Of a stretch of DNA of 37,463 bases, positions 16,279 to 25,994 are shown piece after piece. This stretch comes from an uncultured Candidatus Saccharibacteria bacterium. GTDB taxonomy: Bacteria > Patescibacteriota > Minisyncoccia > Phycocordibacterales > UBA918. A model generated the notes under the pieces. That model made no database searches, had not been told where the DNA came from, and saw only the letters and a list, made by a program, of their open reading frames with translations. The stretch spans positions 1 through 37,463 of the forward strand of contig CAZDUC010000002.1 in assembly GCA_964508585.1 (NCBI GenBank), given 5' to 3'. The position numbers and the translations under genes were made by a program. Every line of letters begins with the position of its first letter. Positions within the stretch are counted from its first letter, which is position 1.

Positions 16279-16872
16279 ATGATAGTCATAGATATTGAGG
16301 CATCTGGGACGGAGTACGCAAAACACTCCATTGTTTCAATTGGAGCGCTCGATTTCGAACATCCAGAAAATCGTTTTTATAAGGAATGTTGCATTTGGGA
16401 CGGAGCGCATGTCATGAAAGAGGCGCTCCTCGTCAATGGTTTTACTGAAGAAGAGGTCATTGATGCGACGAAAGAAACAGAGGGGGAAGTCGCTCGTATG
16501 TTTATGGAGTGGTCAGAACATATGGGAGACCGAACCCTCGCAGGACAGAATGTTTCATTCGATAGAGATTTTCTCAAGGCAGCGTGTGAGCGCGAGGGTA
16601 TCCCCTGGAGTCTCGCGCATCGCACCATCGACACGCACACACTCTGCTACATGCATATGGTGACGCGAGGCATACCACCACCGATTGACCCACAACATCG
16701 GCGCTCCGCGCTCAATCTCGATGCGGTACTCAACTACTGTGGCATTGCGGAAGAACCGAAGCCACACAATGCACTCACGGGGGCACTCTCGCATGCTGAA
16801 GTTATCTCTCGTCTACTGTACGGCAAAAAACTTCTCCACGAATTTTCCCAATATGCGATTCCGTGGCAATAG
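16279..16872 (+). CDS. DEDDh 3'-5' exonuclease (DnaQ-like fold)
   Basis: MIVIDIEASG (Exo I), NVSFDRDFL (Exo II), HNALTGALSHAE (Exo III, H-x4-variant). Start 16279 is preferred over 16255 because of the -10 element placement. Confidence 0.8.
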   Translation: MIVIDIEASGTEYAKHSIVSIGALDFEHPENRFYKECCIWDGAHVMKEALLVNGFTEEEVIDATKETEGEVARMFMEWSEHMGDRTLAGQNVSFDRDFLKAACEREGIPWSLAHRTIDTHTLCYMHMVTRGIPPPIDPQHRRSALNLDAVLNYCGIAEEPKPHNALTGALSHAEVISRLLYGKKLLHEFSQYAIPWQ

Positions 16873-16877
16873 ATACG

Positions 16878-16886
16878 TGATACAAT
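16878..16886 (+). promoter_or_regulatory. Extended -10 element upstream of the LOG gene
   Basis: TGATACAAT-N9-ATG(16896), the same nonamer and spacing as at dnaB. Confidence 0.35.
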
Positions 16887-16895
16887 AACTGCATT

Positions 16896-17636
16896 ATGTT
16901 GAGAAAAAAGAGCAATATCCCACGAAAGTTCGTGATGAAAACAGACGACCGTGGTATGCACAGTCGTGTTATTACTGACCTATTTGAGACAGACAGCGCT
17001 GTTCAGTCTTGGCGGATCTTTAGAATCATGTCTGAGTTCGTTAATGGATTTGAAATACTGCGCAAATACAGTACCGCAGCAACTTTTTTTGGAAGCGCAC
17101 GTCTCACTCCAAAAGATCCTTCCTATAAAGATGCTGAACAGCTTGCTGCAAAACTTGCAAAAAAAGGTTTTACCATAATCACCGGTGGTGGTCCTGGCAT
17201 TATGGAAGCGGCAAATGTTGGAAGCTTTAAAGTGGGTGGAAAGTCTGTTGGACTCAATATTCAACTCCCCATGGAGCAGAAGCTCAATCCATATGTAACA
17301 GAAACAGAAAGTTTTCACTTTTTCTTTTCACGCAAAGTCATGCTCTCCTTTGCTTCTGAGGTATACGTCTATTTTCCTGGAGGATACGGCACACTTGATG
17401 AACTGCTTGAAATTATCACGCTCATTCAAACCAATAAGATCTCTAAAATCCCTGTTGTCTTGTACGGGAGAGATTTTTGGACTCCGCTTCTCGCATTCTT
17501 TGAAAAGACACTTCTCAAGGAGTACAAGACAATCAGTAAAGAAGATCTTGACCTTCTCCATCTCGTAGACTCAGTGGACGAGGCATATGAGTACATCATT
17601 GCGCATGTCGATCTCAAGGCACCACGCCAAATCTAA
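16896..17636 (+). CDS. LOG-family protein (TIGR00730-type, cytokinin riboside 5'-monophosphate phosphoribohydrolase-like)
   Basis: GGGPGIMEAANVG and PGGYGTLDELLE motifs. 246 aa. Confidence 0.85.
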   Translation: MLRKKSNIPRKFVMKTDDRGMHSRVITDLFETDSAVQSWRIFRIMSEFVNGFEILRKYSTAATFFGSARLTPKDPSYKDAEQLAAKLAKKGFTIITGGGPGIMEAANVGSFKVGGKSVGLNIQLPMEQKLNPYVTETESFHFFFSRKVMLSFASEVYVYFPGGYGTLDELLEIITLIQTNKISKIPVVLYGRDFWTPLLAFFEKTLLKEYKTISKEDLDLLHLVDSVDEAYEYIIAHVDLKAPRQI

Positions 17637-17664
17637 TTTATCCATTCTTTCCTTATTTACCCTC

Positions 17665-18933
17665 ATGCTTCCCATTCAATCAACCTTCCATAACAGCTCG
17701 TTTCCGAAAGATATCGTCAAAGAATTTACTGTAAAAGCTCGGGCGTATTCACAAATTCTTGAAAAGGTGCAAAAAAGCAAGGCATACGATATTCCTGAAT
17801 CATCCCTATTTATTGCGGGTGATTTGTCATACCAACAGGAGATTAAGAAAAAACTTGCAAAATTCCCTCGTGCACAGCACGTCATCCTCGTTGCTATCGG
17901 AGGTTCCCTACAGGGCACGAATGCTGTGTATAAAGCATGTCGAAAAAAAACAGCCACCCGACTCACCGTCATTGATAGTATCGAAGATAAGTACGTTGAG
18001 GATATAGAGCGTATCTTTACTAGTGTGAAAAATGTCAAGGATATTGCAGTGGTGATTGTGAGTAAATCTGGCGCTACCACTGAGACTATGCTCAATGCAT
18101 TCACCATCATATCGCTCGGTGAAAAAAAGTATGGTGACACATTTCTGAAGCGACTCATTTTCATTGGAAACGAGGGAACACCATTCCTTGAAGCGGGAAA
18201 AAATAAAAAAATTCTTTGTTTCACCATGCCACATACCATCGGTGGACGATTCTCAGTATTCACCGCTGTTGGCATTGTCCCACTTACGCTTCTCGGTATC
18301 AATATCACTACGTTGCTCAAGGGAGCAAAAGATGCGGTAGGAAAAGACTCAATCGAAAACATTGAAAAAAGTGCGACAGAGCTTGCCCTTCATGCCTACA
18401 CCGGGACACGGACGGTGAACTTTTTTACCTTCAATCGCAGGCTTCGTGCATGTGCACTGTGGTACAGGCAACTCCTCGCTGAGAGTATTGGTAAAAATCA
18501 AACCAAAAGCTCAACCCCCTTTACTCATCAGCTTCTTCCGATTGTCTCCACAAGTTCAGATTTACATTCAGTTGTAGAGCTCTACCTTGGTGGTTATGCT
18601 GGTATTTACACGCACTTTGTGTACTACACCGAGCTTACCCACGCACGACTACCTACTGCCCACTGGATGCTCGAACATATTCCATTTTTGAAAAGCAAGA
18701 AAGCGTCAGCCGTAAAGGATATCATCATCGAAGGAGTGCTCCATGCGTACAATGATCAGATGCTCCCCTACAGATACACCAAGCTATCAAAATGCTCAGA
18801 GTATGAAATCGGTTTCCTCCTCACCTCGCTCATGGCTGAGGTGATGTACCTCGGAGCACTCTTCAATATCGACACCTTTGATCAACCAAGTGTAGAGTTT
18901 TATAAGAAGTATGTAAGAGCAGAACTCAATTAG
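17665..18933 (+). CDS. pgi: Glucose-6-phosphate isomerase
   Basis: VAIGGSLQGTNAVY and VSKSGATTETM SIS-domain motifs. ATG 17665 is chosen because the ORF track start 17587 overlaps the LOG gene. Confidence 0.85.
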   Translation: MLPIQSTFHNSSFPKDIVKEFTVKARAYSQILEKVQKSKAYDIPESSLFIAGDLSYQQEIKKKLAKFPRAQHVILVAIGGSLQGTNAVYKACRKKTATRLTVIDSIEDKYVEDIERIFTSVKNVKDIAVVIVSKSGATTETMLNAFTIISLGEKKYGDTFLKRLIFIGNEGTPFLEAGKNKKILCFTMPHTIGGRFSVFTAVGIVPLTLLGINITTLLKGAKDAVGKDSIENIEKSATELALHAYTGTRTVNFFTFNRRLRACALWYRQLLAESIGKNQTKSSTPFTHQLLPIVSTSSDLHSVVELYLGGYAGIYTHFVYYTELTHARLPTAHWMLEHIPFLKSKKASAVKDIIIEGVLHAYNDQMLPYRYTKLSKCSEYEIGFLLTSLMAEVMYLGALFNIDTFDQPSVEFYKKYVRAELN

Positions 18934-18935
18934 CC

Positions 18936-19787
18936 ATGTATATTGTATTTGATATTGGAGGAACAAAGACGCGCGTTGCCGCAACGAATGATCTAAAGAC
19001 TATTGTCAGTATTGAGAAATTCAACACTCCTCTTGTCTATGCTGATGGCCTTCAGGCATTGTATACGGCAATAGAACAGGTCCGAAACGGAGAGAAAATC
19101 ACCGCTCTTGCAGGTGGTATCCGTGGACCACTCAATCATGAAAAGACAGGTATTGTGAGTGAAAAAGTGCTTTTTGATTGGGTAGGAAGATCGATAGTTG
19201 GTGATCTCCAAGCAAAGTATGGGGTGCCAGTTTTTCTTGGAAATGATTCTGAGCTCGTAGGACTCGGTGAAGTTGCCTTCGGTGCAGGGAAGGGGTATGA
19301 CATTGTTGCATACCACACAGTGAGTACTGGGGTAGGGGGTGCGAGGTACGTACATGGAAAACTCGACATCACGAGTACCGGCTTTGAACCAGGGCACCAG
19401 ATTCTCGATATTGATAGGACGATTCTTGGAAGTCATATCACACCAACGCTCGAAAATATGGTATCCGGCACGGCACTTGAAAAACGAAAAGGCATGAAGC
19501 CTTATGAAGTGCCCCAAGACGACCCTGTGTGGGATGAACTTGCCATGTACCTCGCGTCTGGCCTTAAAAATACTATCCTGTACTGGTCACCCGATGCAAT
19601 TGTCCTCGGTGGCTCAATGATCATTGGCAACCCACGCATATTCCTCGAGCCAATCAGATCATACACCGAAAAGATCCTCGATGGGTTGGTGCCTTGCCCT
19701 CAGATACTCGATGCGGTACTCAAAGATGAAGGTGGAATGTATGGTGCGATGGCGCTTATAAAGAATAAATTAGATAACAATAATTAG
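18936..19787 (+). CDS. ROK-family sugar kinase (probable glucokinase)
   Basis: MYIVFDIGGTKTRVA ATP-binding motif, ROK-like GxGxGG region. It starts 2 nt after pgi. Confidence 0.8.
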   Translation: MYIVFDIGGTKTRVAATNDLKTIVSIEKFNTPLVYADGLQALYTAIEQVRNGEKITALAGGIRGPLNHEKTGIVSEKVLFDWVGRSIVGDLQAKYGVPVFLGNDSELVGLGEVAFGAGKGYDIVAYHTVSTGVGGARYVHGKLDITSTGFEPGHQILDIDRTILGSHITPTLENMVSGTALEKRKGMKPYEVPQDDPVWDELAMYLASGLKNTILYWSPDAIVLGGSMIIGNPRIFLEPIRSYTEKILDGLVPCPQILDAVLKDEGGMYGAMALIKNKLDNNN

Positions 19788-19842
19788 TATTTGTCAATGT
19801 TTTTTAGCCATTCTACGGCTTAAAATATAGCAAGAGAAAATA

Positions 19843-19871
19843 TTGACATAGATAACTTCTAATTGCATAAT
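19843..19871 (+). promoter_or_regulatory. Sigma70-type promoter for the SLT-like gene
   Basis: TTGACA (19843..19848)-17 nt-CATAAT (19866..19871). Confidence 0.5.
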
Positions 19872-19996
19872 TTGATTTTTTGCTTGTAAGTGATATACTA
19901 TTGGTTGAACGGTTTCGGCCGTTTTTTGTTGGATAAGACTCAGGGCATATATTAGGTTTACTTACAGCACTATTTGCTGTATCGAACGTAGCTGTA

Positions 19997-20383
19997 GTGC
20001 CGATTGGCGACACTGCATATGGGCACATTGCAACAAATGAAGATCGGGTCGCTGAAGAACGGCTGGTGGGGATGAGTACTGAAGATTCAGTTCGTTCCTA
20101 CTTTAGTGATATTCCGGTCATGATTCAAATAGCTCGATGTGAATCAACATTTAAACACACGCTTGCTGACGGATCAGTTTTGCGAGGAGTTGTAGACTCA
20201 GCTGACACTGGGGTAATGCAAATCAATTTGCGCTACCATGCAGAAAAAGCTCGAGAACTTGGCTTAGATCTCACAAACCTGTACGACAACATGGCGTATG
20301 CTCGTGAACTCTATAAACGGCAAGGTACACGACCATGGGCTGCCTCGGCATCCTGCTGGTCAAATACTATCGCAATGCGTTAA
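19997..20383 (+). CDS. SLT-like lytic transglycosylase, catalytic part. Its N-terminal signal peptide lies in another frame (19890..19955), so this is an apparent frameshift or pseudogene.
   Basis: IARCESTFKH…DTGVMQIN…YARELY is the E-S … GxMQ signature of SLT/goose-lysozyme-like transglycosylases. The ORF opens with GVG at 19997... (GTG at 19997), has no SD and no signal peptide. See the finding on the (AT)3 tract. Confidence 0.7.
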   Translation: MPIGDTAYGHIATNEDRVAEERLVGMSTEDSVRSYFSDIPVMIQIARCESTFKHTLADGSVLRGVVDSADTGVMQINLRYHAEKARELGLDLTNLYDNMAYARELYKRQGTRPWAASASCWSNTIAMR

Positions 20384-20385
20384 TG

Positions 20386-20411
20386 AAAAACTCCCCTCAC
20401 GGGGAGTTTTT
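20386..20411 (+). terminator. Intrinsic terminator after the SLT-like gene
   Basis: AAAAACTCCCC-TCAC-GGGGAGTTTTT, 3 nt after the TAA stop. Confidence 0.8.
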
Positions 20412-20482
20412 GGTGTTCAATGCAATGGAAGAATGTGTACACATTGTGTATTGTCCACATGTTTTCTATACTTACATAACAT

Positions 20483-21259
20483 ATGAACATTGGCTTCTTT
20501 GATTCGGGTCTTGGTGGACTTATCATACTCGACGCGGTGCGAAGACACATGCCCGAGTACGACTATCTTTTTTTTGGTGATACCGCAAACCTTCCATACG
20601 GCGACAAAAGTGAAGAAGAGATACACGCACTCACCTATGGGGGCATCAAACAACTCTTTGATGCGGGGGCGCTTATCGTCATTGTTGCATGCAACACCGC
20701 ATCATCAGCATCAGTACGAAAGCACCAAGACGACATGCTTCGTCGCGAGTACCCCGATAGAAAATTACTCGGTGTTATCATTCCAACTGTTGAAGAACTT
20801 GATAAGTCAGAATCGGATCATACACTCCTCATTGGAACAGAGCGCACCGTCTCATCCCGAAAGTATGAGATTGAACTCAAAAAAATAGATCCAACGTTTA
20901 CACTCCTCTCCCACGCCACTCCTGCACTCGTGCCCCTGATAGAATCAGGCGATATCGCATCTGCATGTACGAAAGTCACTGAGTTACTTACAAGTACGTA
21001 CCCACACATCAACACGCTTGTTCTTGGGTGCACGCACTACACACTCCTCAAAGAATGTCTCAGGGGTGCACTCCGTGGTGTGACCGTTATCTCACAGGAT
21101 GAAATTATTCCACAAAAATTACATGACTACCTTAGACATCATCCAGAGATTGAAGGTCGTCTCAGTAAACAGGGAAGTATCGACATACACCTCAGCGCAG
21201 AAAACCCACGATACGATATGATACGAACGACCATACGAAATCTAGAACCAAAGTCATAA
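20483..21259 (+). CDS. murI: Glutamate racemase
   Basis: MNIGFFDSGLGGLIIL, ACNTASS and GCTHY catalytic Cys motifs. 258 aa. Confidence 0.95.
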   Translation: MNIGFFDSGLGGLIILDAVRRHMPEYDYLFFGDTANLPYGDKSEEEIHALTYGGIKQLFDAGALIVIVACNTASSASVRKHQDDMLRREYPDRKLLGVIIPTVEELDKSESDHTLLIGTERTVSSRKYEIELKKIDPTFTLLSHATPALVPLIESGDIASACTKVTELLTSTYPHINTLVLGCTHYTLLKECLRGALRGVTVISQDEIIPQKLHDYLRHHPEIEGRLSKQGSIDIHLSAENPRYDMIRTTIRNLEPKS

Positions 21260-21497
21260 CAACGTATTCGTACCGAATCTTGCTACTACTCAGAGACTCC
21301 ACCAACTAACTCGATTCTATAGTACACGAGTACATTACTTCATCAATCAACAGTGCCACACAGCGTGAGGGAATGGCAATCTCTGGATATGGTATACGTC
21401 GCACAATATATCTTTTACGACATATCAATCTATTTACTACATGATATGTCTATTTATGTACGTACGCCTGATTGTACGCCAATACATCTCCTTGCAA

Positions 21498-21974
21498 CTA
21501 ATTACTTGCACTAGGTATATATTTGCTTCCGTCCCACGTAATGAGTCCATCACCATTAACCTGTATGTCATGCATCTGATTTGTAAGTGTCTCAAGTACT
21601 TTGAATGACTTAATTGCGTACGTAAACGGCACAGGCTCAAATGTCCCTATGTCTGTTTGCAAAAAAATTGTCGTGATACAGCCACCACTTCCGCACGTAT
21701 CATCTGATTCGACTCGAACGACAATGTCGAGATCTTGGTCACTATTTATGTATGCTGGAGTTGGAATGATTTTTGCTCCAGAGGCAAGCTCTTTTTCATG
21801 TTTGAAGACGTGTTCATTATAGTGATTACGAATGAGCTCATGGAGCTCAGCGGTATTGACGCCACTCATAATTACTGAAGCGCTGTTTGTAAATGTCTGA
21901 ACACGTGAAATAACCACTTGTGTCAAAAAGTATAGGATTATGAGTAGTACAATGACAATAATGGCTCGCTTCAT
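21498..21974 (-). CDS. Hypothetical membrane-anchored/secreted protein
   Basis: MKRAIIVIVLLIILYFLTQVV signal-anchor, CGSGGC motif, SD-like AGGGG 7 nt upstream. No family recognised. Confidence 0.6.
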   Translation of the reverse strand: MKRAIIVIVLLIILYFLTQVVISRVQTFTNSASVIMSGVNTAELHELIRNHYNEHVFKHEKELASGAKIIPTPAYINSDQDLDIVVRVESDDTCGSGGCITTIFLQTDIGTFEPVPFTYAIKSFKVLETLTNQMHDIQVNGDGLITWDGSKYIPSASN

Positions 21975-22081
21975 AGTTTGCCCCTACATCAGGGTGTGTA
22001 GTTCTTAACTCTAGATGTATCACAATTCTCTTCCCTCTACAACTTGACAACATTTGTAAAATCTATTGTCATTAACAATAC

Positions 22082-23392
22082 TTATTGTGGTAAATACACC
22101 ATTGGATCAATGTATGCGTCTGACGCTGCAATTGGCGTCGTTGCAGCACCACAGCTCGTCACCGCCTTTATTTCGTTGAACTTTCGCACTGAGACACCTG
22201 CTTTTGCGTAGACTGTAAAATGGAGATGTGGACCAGTTGAATAACCAGTATTTCCTGAGTAACCAATCACCTCTCCAGTTCCCACCACTTGGCCAGGAGT
22301 AACACTAATGACACTCTGGTGTGCGTAGAGCGTGGAGAGGCCGTTTGCATGGTCGACAAGTGTCCACTTACCCCACGAGTAACATCCAGGAACTGCATCG
22401 GTATTTCCGGTTGCTCGAACCGTTCCCGCAAGTGGCGCGAGGATCTTTGAACCTGTCGGGACCCCGAAGTCTACACCTGGGTGGTATGCACGTCCTCCGT
22501 AGACTGAAGAATTCTGCTTTGCAAATTCAGTACCACCAAATAACTGTGTGATACGGACATTTTCAACTGGCCAGTTGAACACCTTCGTCCCTTTTGCAGG
22601 TATGGTGTTTGGATCAAGAATAAACTGTAGTTTTGACTCGAAATCACGCATCTCTTTGAGTATTTGTTCGTACTCAGTTTTCTTTTCTTTGAGTAATTTC
22701 TGATACTGTGCTTCTTCATTTTTTGTTGCACTCAATAGTTTTGATTTCTCTGATTTACTTCCGACGAGTACTTCGTTCTGATCAGCATACTGTTCTTTGA
22801 GACTCACGAGACTATCTCGTTTATTGGTATTTGTTTCAAACTGTGCATTGAGGATCTCTTTTTGCGATGTAAGGTTCGCCAGCTTTTCTCGCATCACCGA
22901 TCGAAGCTGTTCCAACTCGTCAATTTTTCCCCAAAATTCTGACAAATTATCATACTGAAGCAGTAGCTCCACCATACTTTCATCATCTGTCTGATTGAGT
23001 GCTTGCATGGTCTCTTCTATTGCATGGTGGTTAAGTTCAATCTTTTTTTGTGTTGAACCAATTTCAATCCCAATTTTACTGATTTCCAGATTCGTCGTGC
23101 TTATTTTATTTTGAGTATAGTTAATTTCAGCCTCGACTTTTTTTCGCTCCAATTCAAGTCGTGAGATTGCTTTTTGAAGTGTGCTTTTTTCACCCCCCAC
23201 TTTCTTAAGTTCTGTTTGGTAGTTTGCAATTTCTTGCTCAATATCCTTAAGGCGAGAGTTGCGTTCACTGATCTGACTCTTCAGCGTATCTATTTCTGAC
23301 GTCGCAAATGTATCAGAGGTCCGAAACACAAAAAAACCACCTACTATAAGTATAGTCAGTAACGCATAGTGACAGATTTTCTTTCGAAACAT
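22082..23392 (-). CDS. M23-family metallopeptidase with N-terminal coiled coil (EnvC-like architecture)
   Basis: Signal-anchor, about 250 aa of heptad-rich coiled coil, then HPGVDFGVPTGSKILAPLAGTV … GPHLHFTVY. 436 aa. Confidence 0.9.
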   Translation of the reverse strand: MFRKKICHYALLTILIVGGFFVFRTSDTFATSEIDTLKSQISERNSRLKDIEQEIANYQTELKKVGGEKSTLQKAISRLELERKKVEAEINYTQNKISTTNLEISKIGIEIGSTQKKIELNHHAIEETMQALNQTDDESMVELLLQYDNLSEFWGKIDELEQLRSVMREKLANLTSQKEILNAQFETNTNKRDSLVSLKEQYADQNEVLVGSKSEKSKLLSATKNEEAQYQKLLKEKKTEYEQILKEMRDFESKLQFILDPNTIPAKGTKVFNWPVENVRITQLFGGTEFAKQNSSVYGGRAYHPGVDFGVPTGSKILAPLAGTVRATGNTDAVPGCYSWGKWTLVDHANGLSTLYAHQSVISVTPGQVVGTGEVIGYSGNTGYSTGPHLHFTVYAKAGVSVRKFNEIKAVTSCGAATTPIAASDAYIDPMVYLPQ

Positions 23393-23440
23393 AGATGTTG
23401 AGTTACACGTAGCAAATCACACACATGCTACCCTACAAGA

Positions 23441-24811
23441 CTAGTGTGATGCTCTTAAAATTGTATCACACGCGGTGATGATTCTTTTGTATGATTCAGC
23501 AGAACCGAGGATATGTATAACGGTGAACGGGTCAGGTGACCGCTCTCTCCCGGTAAGGGAAACACGAAGTGGCCAAAGGACTTCCCCCTTCCCTGTTTCA
23601 ACTGCATACTCCCAGATGTATGATTTTGCTTCTTCTACGGAAAGCTCCTCAGGCATTTTTGCAACAAGCTCTGCTAATTTTTGAAGACGTGGCAGTGTGT
23701 GTCGTGGTGTGGCGTCATGTTTCCATTTGATAAGTTCGGGATTATGTTCTGGTGCTTTGAATGCAAAGGTGTACTCATCCTCGTTAAAATCAAAAGCAAT
23801 TTCATCTCGAGTGCTACTCCTCTCTCGTATGAGTGGCATGAGCTTGAAGAGACGTTCATGACTAAATTGCGGAAGGTGGTACATCACTTCAGGTATGACG
23901 CTCTCAGCATAGGTGAAAAAAGCTTCATCTGAAAATGCAGTGAGGTACTCCTTATTAAACCACTTCAGTTTTTCTTTGTTGAATACTGCACCGCTCTTTT
24001 GAATACCCGACAAATCAAATGCCTGTACCAACTCCTCGAGTGTGTACTTTTCAGTATCAGTGCCAGAATTCCATCCGAGGAGTGCGAGGTAGTTCATGAG
24101 CGATTCTTTAACAAATCCTTCTCGTTCGTATTCGCTGAGCATCACCGCACCGTGCCGTTTCGAAAGTTTTGAACGGTCTGGAGCAAGAATAAGTGGGAGG
24201 TGAGCGTATATGGGTCTTTCCGCACCAATCGCTTGCTGAATGAGGATTTGCCGTGGCGTGTTTGAGATATGGTCCTCGCCACGAATAACATGTGTAACCT
24301 GCATTTCATGATCATCGACAACCACGGTAAAATGGTACAACGCATCATCGAGTGATCGTGCAATGACAAAATCCCCAAGCTCAGTGGTATCAAATGAAAT
24401 CTCTCCTCGAACTTCATCGGTGAAGGTGATAGTGGTATTCGGGTTCCGGAGACGGACAACCTCAACAAATTCTCCAGGGCGCATTTTGCTCTCTTCCCTA
24501 CTAATGTACGCAGTATCATGTGTAATAATTTTTTCGAGGTAGCCTTTGTAAATCAAGGTACGCTCAGACTGTCGATACAGTGCATCCCATGACATACCGA
24601 GCCACTCTAGTCCTTCAAGAATCTCTTCTTCAAATGCCCGTGTACTACGCTCTTTATCGGTATCTTCAATACGCATGATGAAGGTACCTTTATGTCTCCT
24701 TGCGTAGAGGTAATTAAAAAGAGCTGTTCGAGCGGTGCCAATGTGCAAATGCCCTGTTGGGCTGGGTGCCATACGGGTCACGACAGATGAGGTGGGGTGA
24801 AAAATTGACAT
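23441..24811 (-). CDS. gltX: Glutamyl-tRNA synthetase
   Basis: RMAPSPTGHLHIGTARTALFNYL (HIGH), KLSKRHG (KMSKS). 456 aa. Confidence 0.95.
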   Translation of the reverse strand: MSIFHPTSSVVTRMAPSPTGHLHIGTARTALFNYLYARRHKGTFIMRIEDTDKERSTRAFEEEILEGLEWLGMSWDALYRQSERTLIYKGYLEKIITHDTAYISREESKMRPGEFVEVVRLRNPNTTITFTDEVRGEISFDTTELGDFVIARSLDDALYHFTVVVDDHEMQVTHVIRGEDHISNTPRQILIQQAIGAERPIYAHLPLILAPDRSKLSKRHGAVMLSEYEREGFVKESLMNYLALLGWNSGTDTEKYTLEELVQAFDLSGIQKSGAVFNKEKLKWFNKEYLTAFSDEAFFTYAESVIPEVMYHLPQFSHERLFKLMPLIRERSSTRDEIAFDFNEDEYTFAFKAPEHNPELIKWKHDATPRHTLPRLQKLAELVAKMPEELSVEEAKSYIWEYAVETGKGEVLWPLRVSLTGRERSPDPFTVIHILGSAESYKRIITACDTILRASH

Positions 24812-24819
24812 AAACTGAA

Positions 24820-25959
24820 TTAGTGTTCTATTGAAACCCGTGTGACTAAGTCGACGATTTGCGCTGTTGCATCTTTCTTGCCAAATGCGTACGCAGCTTC
24901 TTGCATAGTATGGTATACGTCTGGATTCTGCATCATACGTCCTATTTCAATGCGTAGCAAGTCGTCTGAAAGATTTTTTTCTTCTATCACAATCGTTGCG
25001 CCTGAACGTGCGTATGCATATGCATTTGAGTGCTGATCGTGACTAATTTCTTCAGGTATTGGTATGAGGATTGAAGGTTTTCCATGGAGTGCGATTTCTT
25101 GAATTGAGCCACTCCCTGCTCGTGAAATAACAATCCAAGCAAGGTGGTACGCATCATTGAGCGATGTTCCTTCTAAAAATGGAACCGGGTGGTAATGCTG
25201 TTGAAGCTCAGGATTCGTGATGAGTACTTTTGCTGATTGCGCACAGCTATCAAAGTGGAGAGTGCCCGTTTGGTGGATAATGGTAAAATCTGAAAGTAAC
25301 TCATCGAGCGAATCAAGGACAAATTCATTTATACGTTGTGCCCCCTGCGATCCTCCAATGATAAGTATGACTGGTCGATTCGGATCAATCGAAAACGAAG
25401 AAATCGCATCAGAAGACACGGGTGCTGATAGTTCTGACCTAACCGGAATACCGAGTGTATGTTGTACGGCACTCGACGGTGGTAACATCATGCCGTCGTA
25501 AGCGGTGATGATGTGTCGAGCAAAACGAAGCGCGAGCCGATTCGCCCGTCCGAGCACTGAGTCAGATTCATGCACAATGATGGGAATTCGGAAAAATGCA
25601 CTCGCAAGTATCACCGGGACGCTTGTGTATCCACCCTTACTCACAATGACATCAGGATAGAGTATAAAAATTTTTATGAGTGCGCTCCATGTACCAAAAA
25701 AGGTCTTGAATACGTCGAGAAAATTAAGGAATGACGCATAACGACGTTGCTTCCCTGAACCAATTCTTATGAATGTTATACCTTCTCTCTGAAGTGCTCC
25801 CGCATCGTACTCGTCAGGGCCAGCATAGTAGAGTTCAGGTCTTGAAGGGAGTGTGTTTAAATACTCTGCTATTGCAATGAGCGGATAAAAGTGCCCTCCA
25901 GTACCTCCACCAACGAGGAGGATTCTTCTATCGGTATCGATGTGGGTAGGTGTAGACAT
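24820..25959 (-). CDS. murG: UDP-GlcNAc:lipid I N-acetylglucosaminyltransferase MurG
   Basis: LLVGGGTGGHFYPLIAIAEYL, GGSQGA. The first ATG is at 25959. The track start 25971 is TTG. Confidence 0.9.
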   Translation of the reverse strand: MSTPTHIDTDRRILLVGGGTGGHFYPLIAIAEYLNTLPSRPELYYAGPDEYDAGALQREGITFIRIGSGKQRRYASFLNFLDVFKTFFGTWSALIKIFILYPDVIVSKGGYTSVPVILASAFFRIPIIVHESDSVLGRANRLALRFARHIITAYDGMMLPPSSAVQHTLGIPVRSELSAPVSSDAISSFSIDPNRPVILIIGGSQGAQRINEFVLDSLDELLSDFTIIHQTGTLHFDSCAQSAKVLITNPELQQHYHPVPFLEGTSLNDAYHLAWIVISRAGSGSIQEIALHGKPSILIPIPEEISHDQHSNAYAYARSGATIVIEEKNLSDDLLRIEIGRMMQNPDVYHTMQEAAYAFGKKDATAQIVDLVTRVSIEH

Positions 25960-25994
25960 ATACAATGACAATATTATTTACAGTATATCACGCA

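Noticed and set aside
17676-18362. 228-aa minus-strand ORF
   Set aside because: It is antisense to pgi, which has SIS-domain motifs on the + strand. It is a shadow ORF. The same reasoning applies to 18993..19517 (antisense to the ROK kinase) and 31388..31912 (antisense to pepA).
19908-19927. Small hairpin AACGG-UUUCGG-CCGUU followed by a T-run, considered as an attenuator or sRNA terminator downstream of the TTGACA promoter
   Set aside because: The stem has only 5 bp. The segment lies inside the reconstructed signal-peptide coding frame of the SLT gene (…NGFGRFLL…), so the T-run is explained by Phe/Leu codons.
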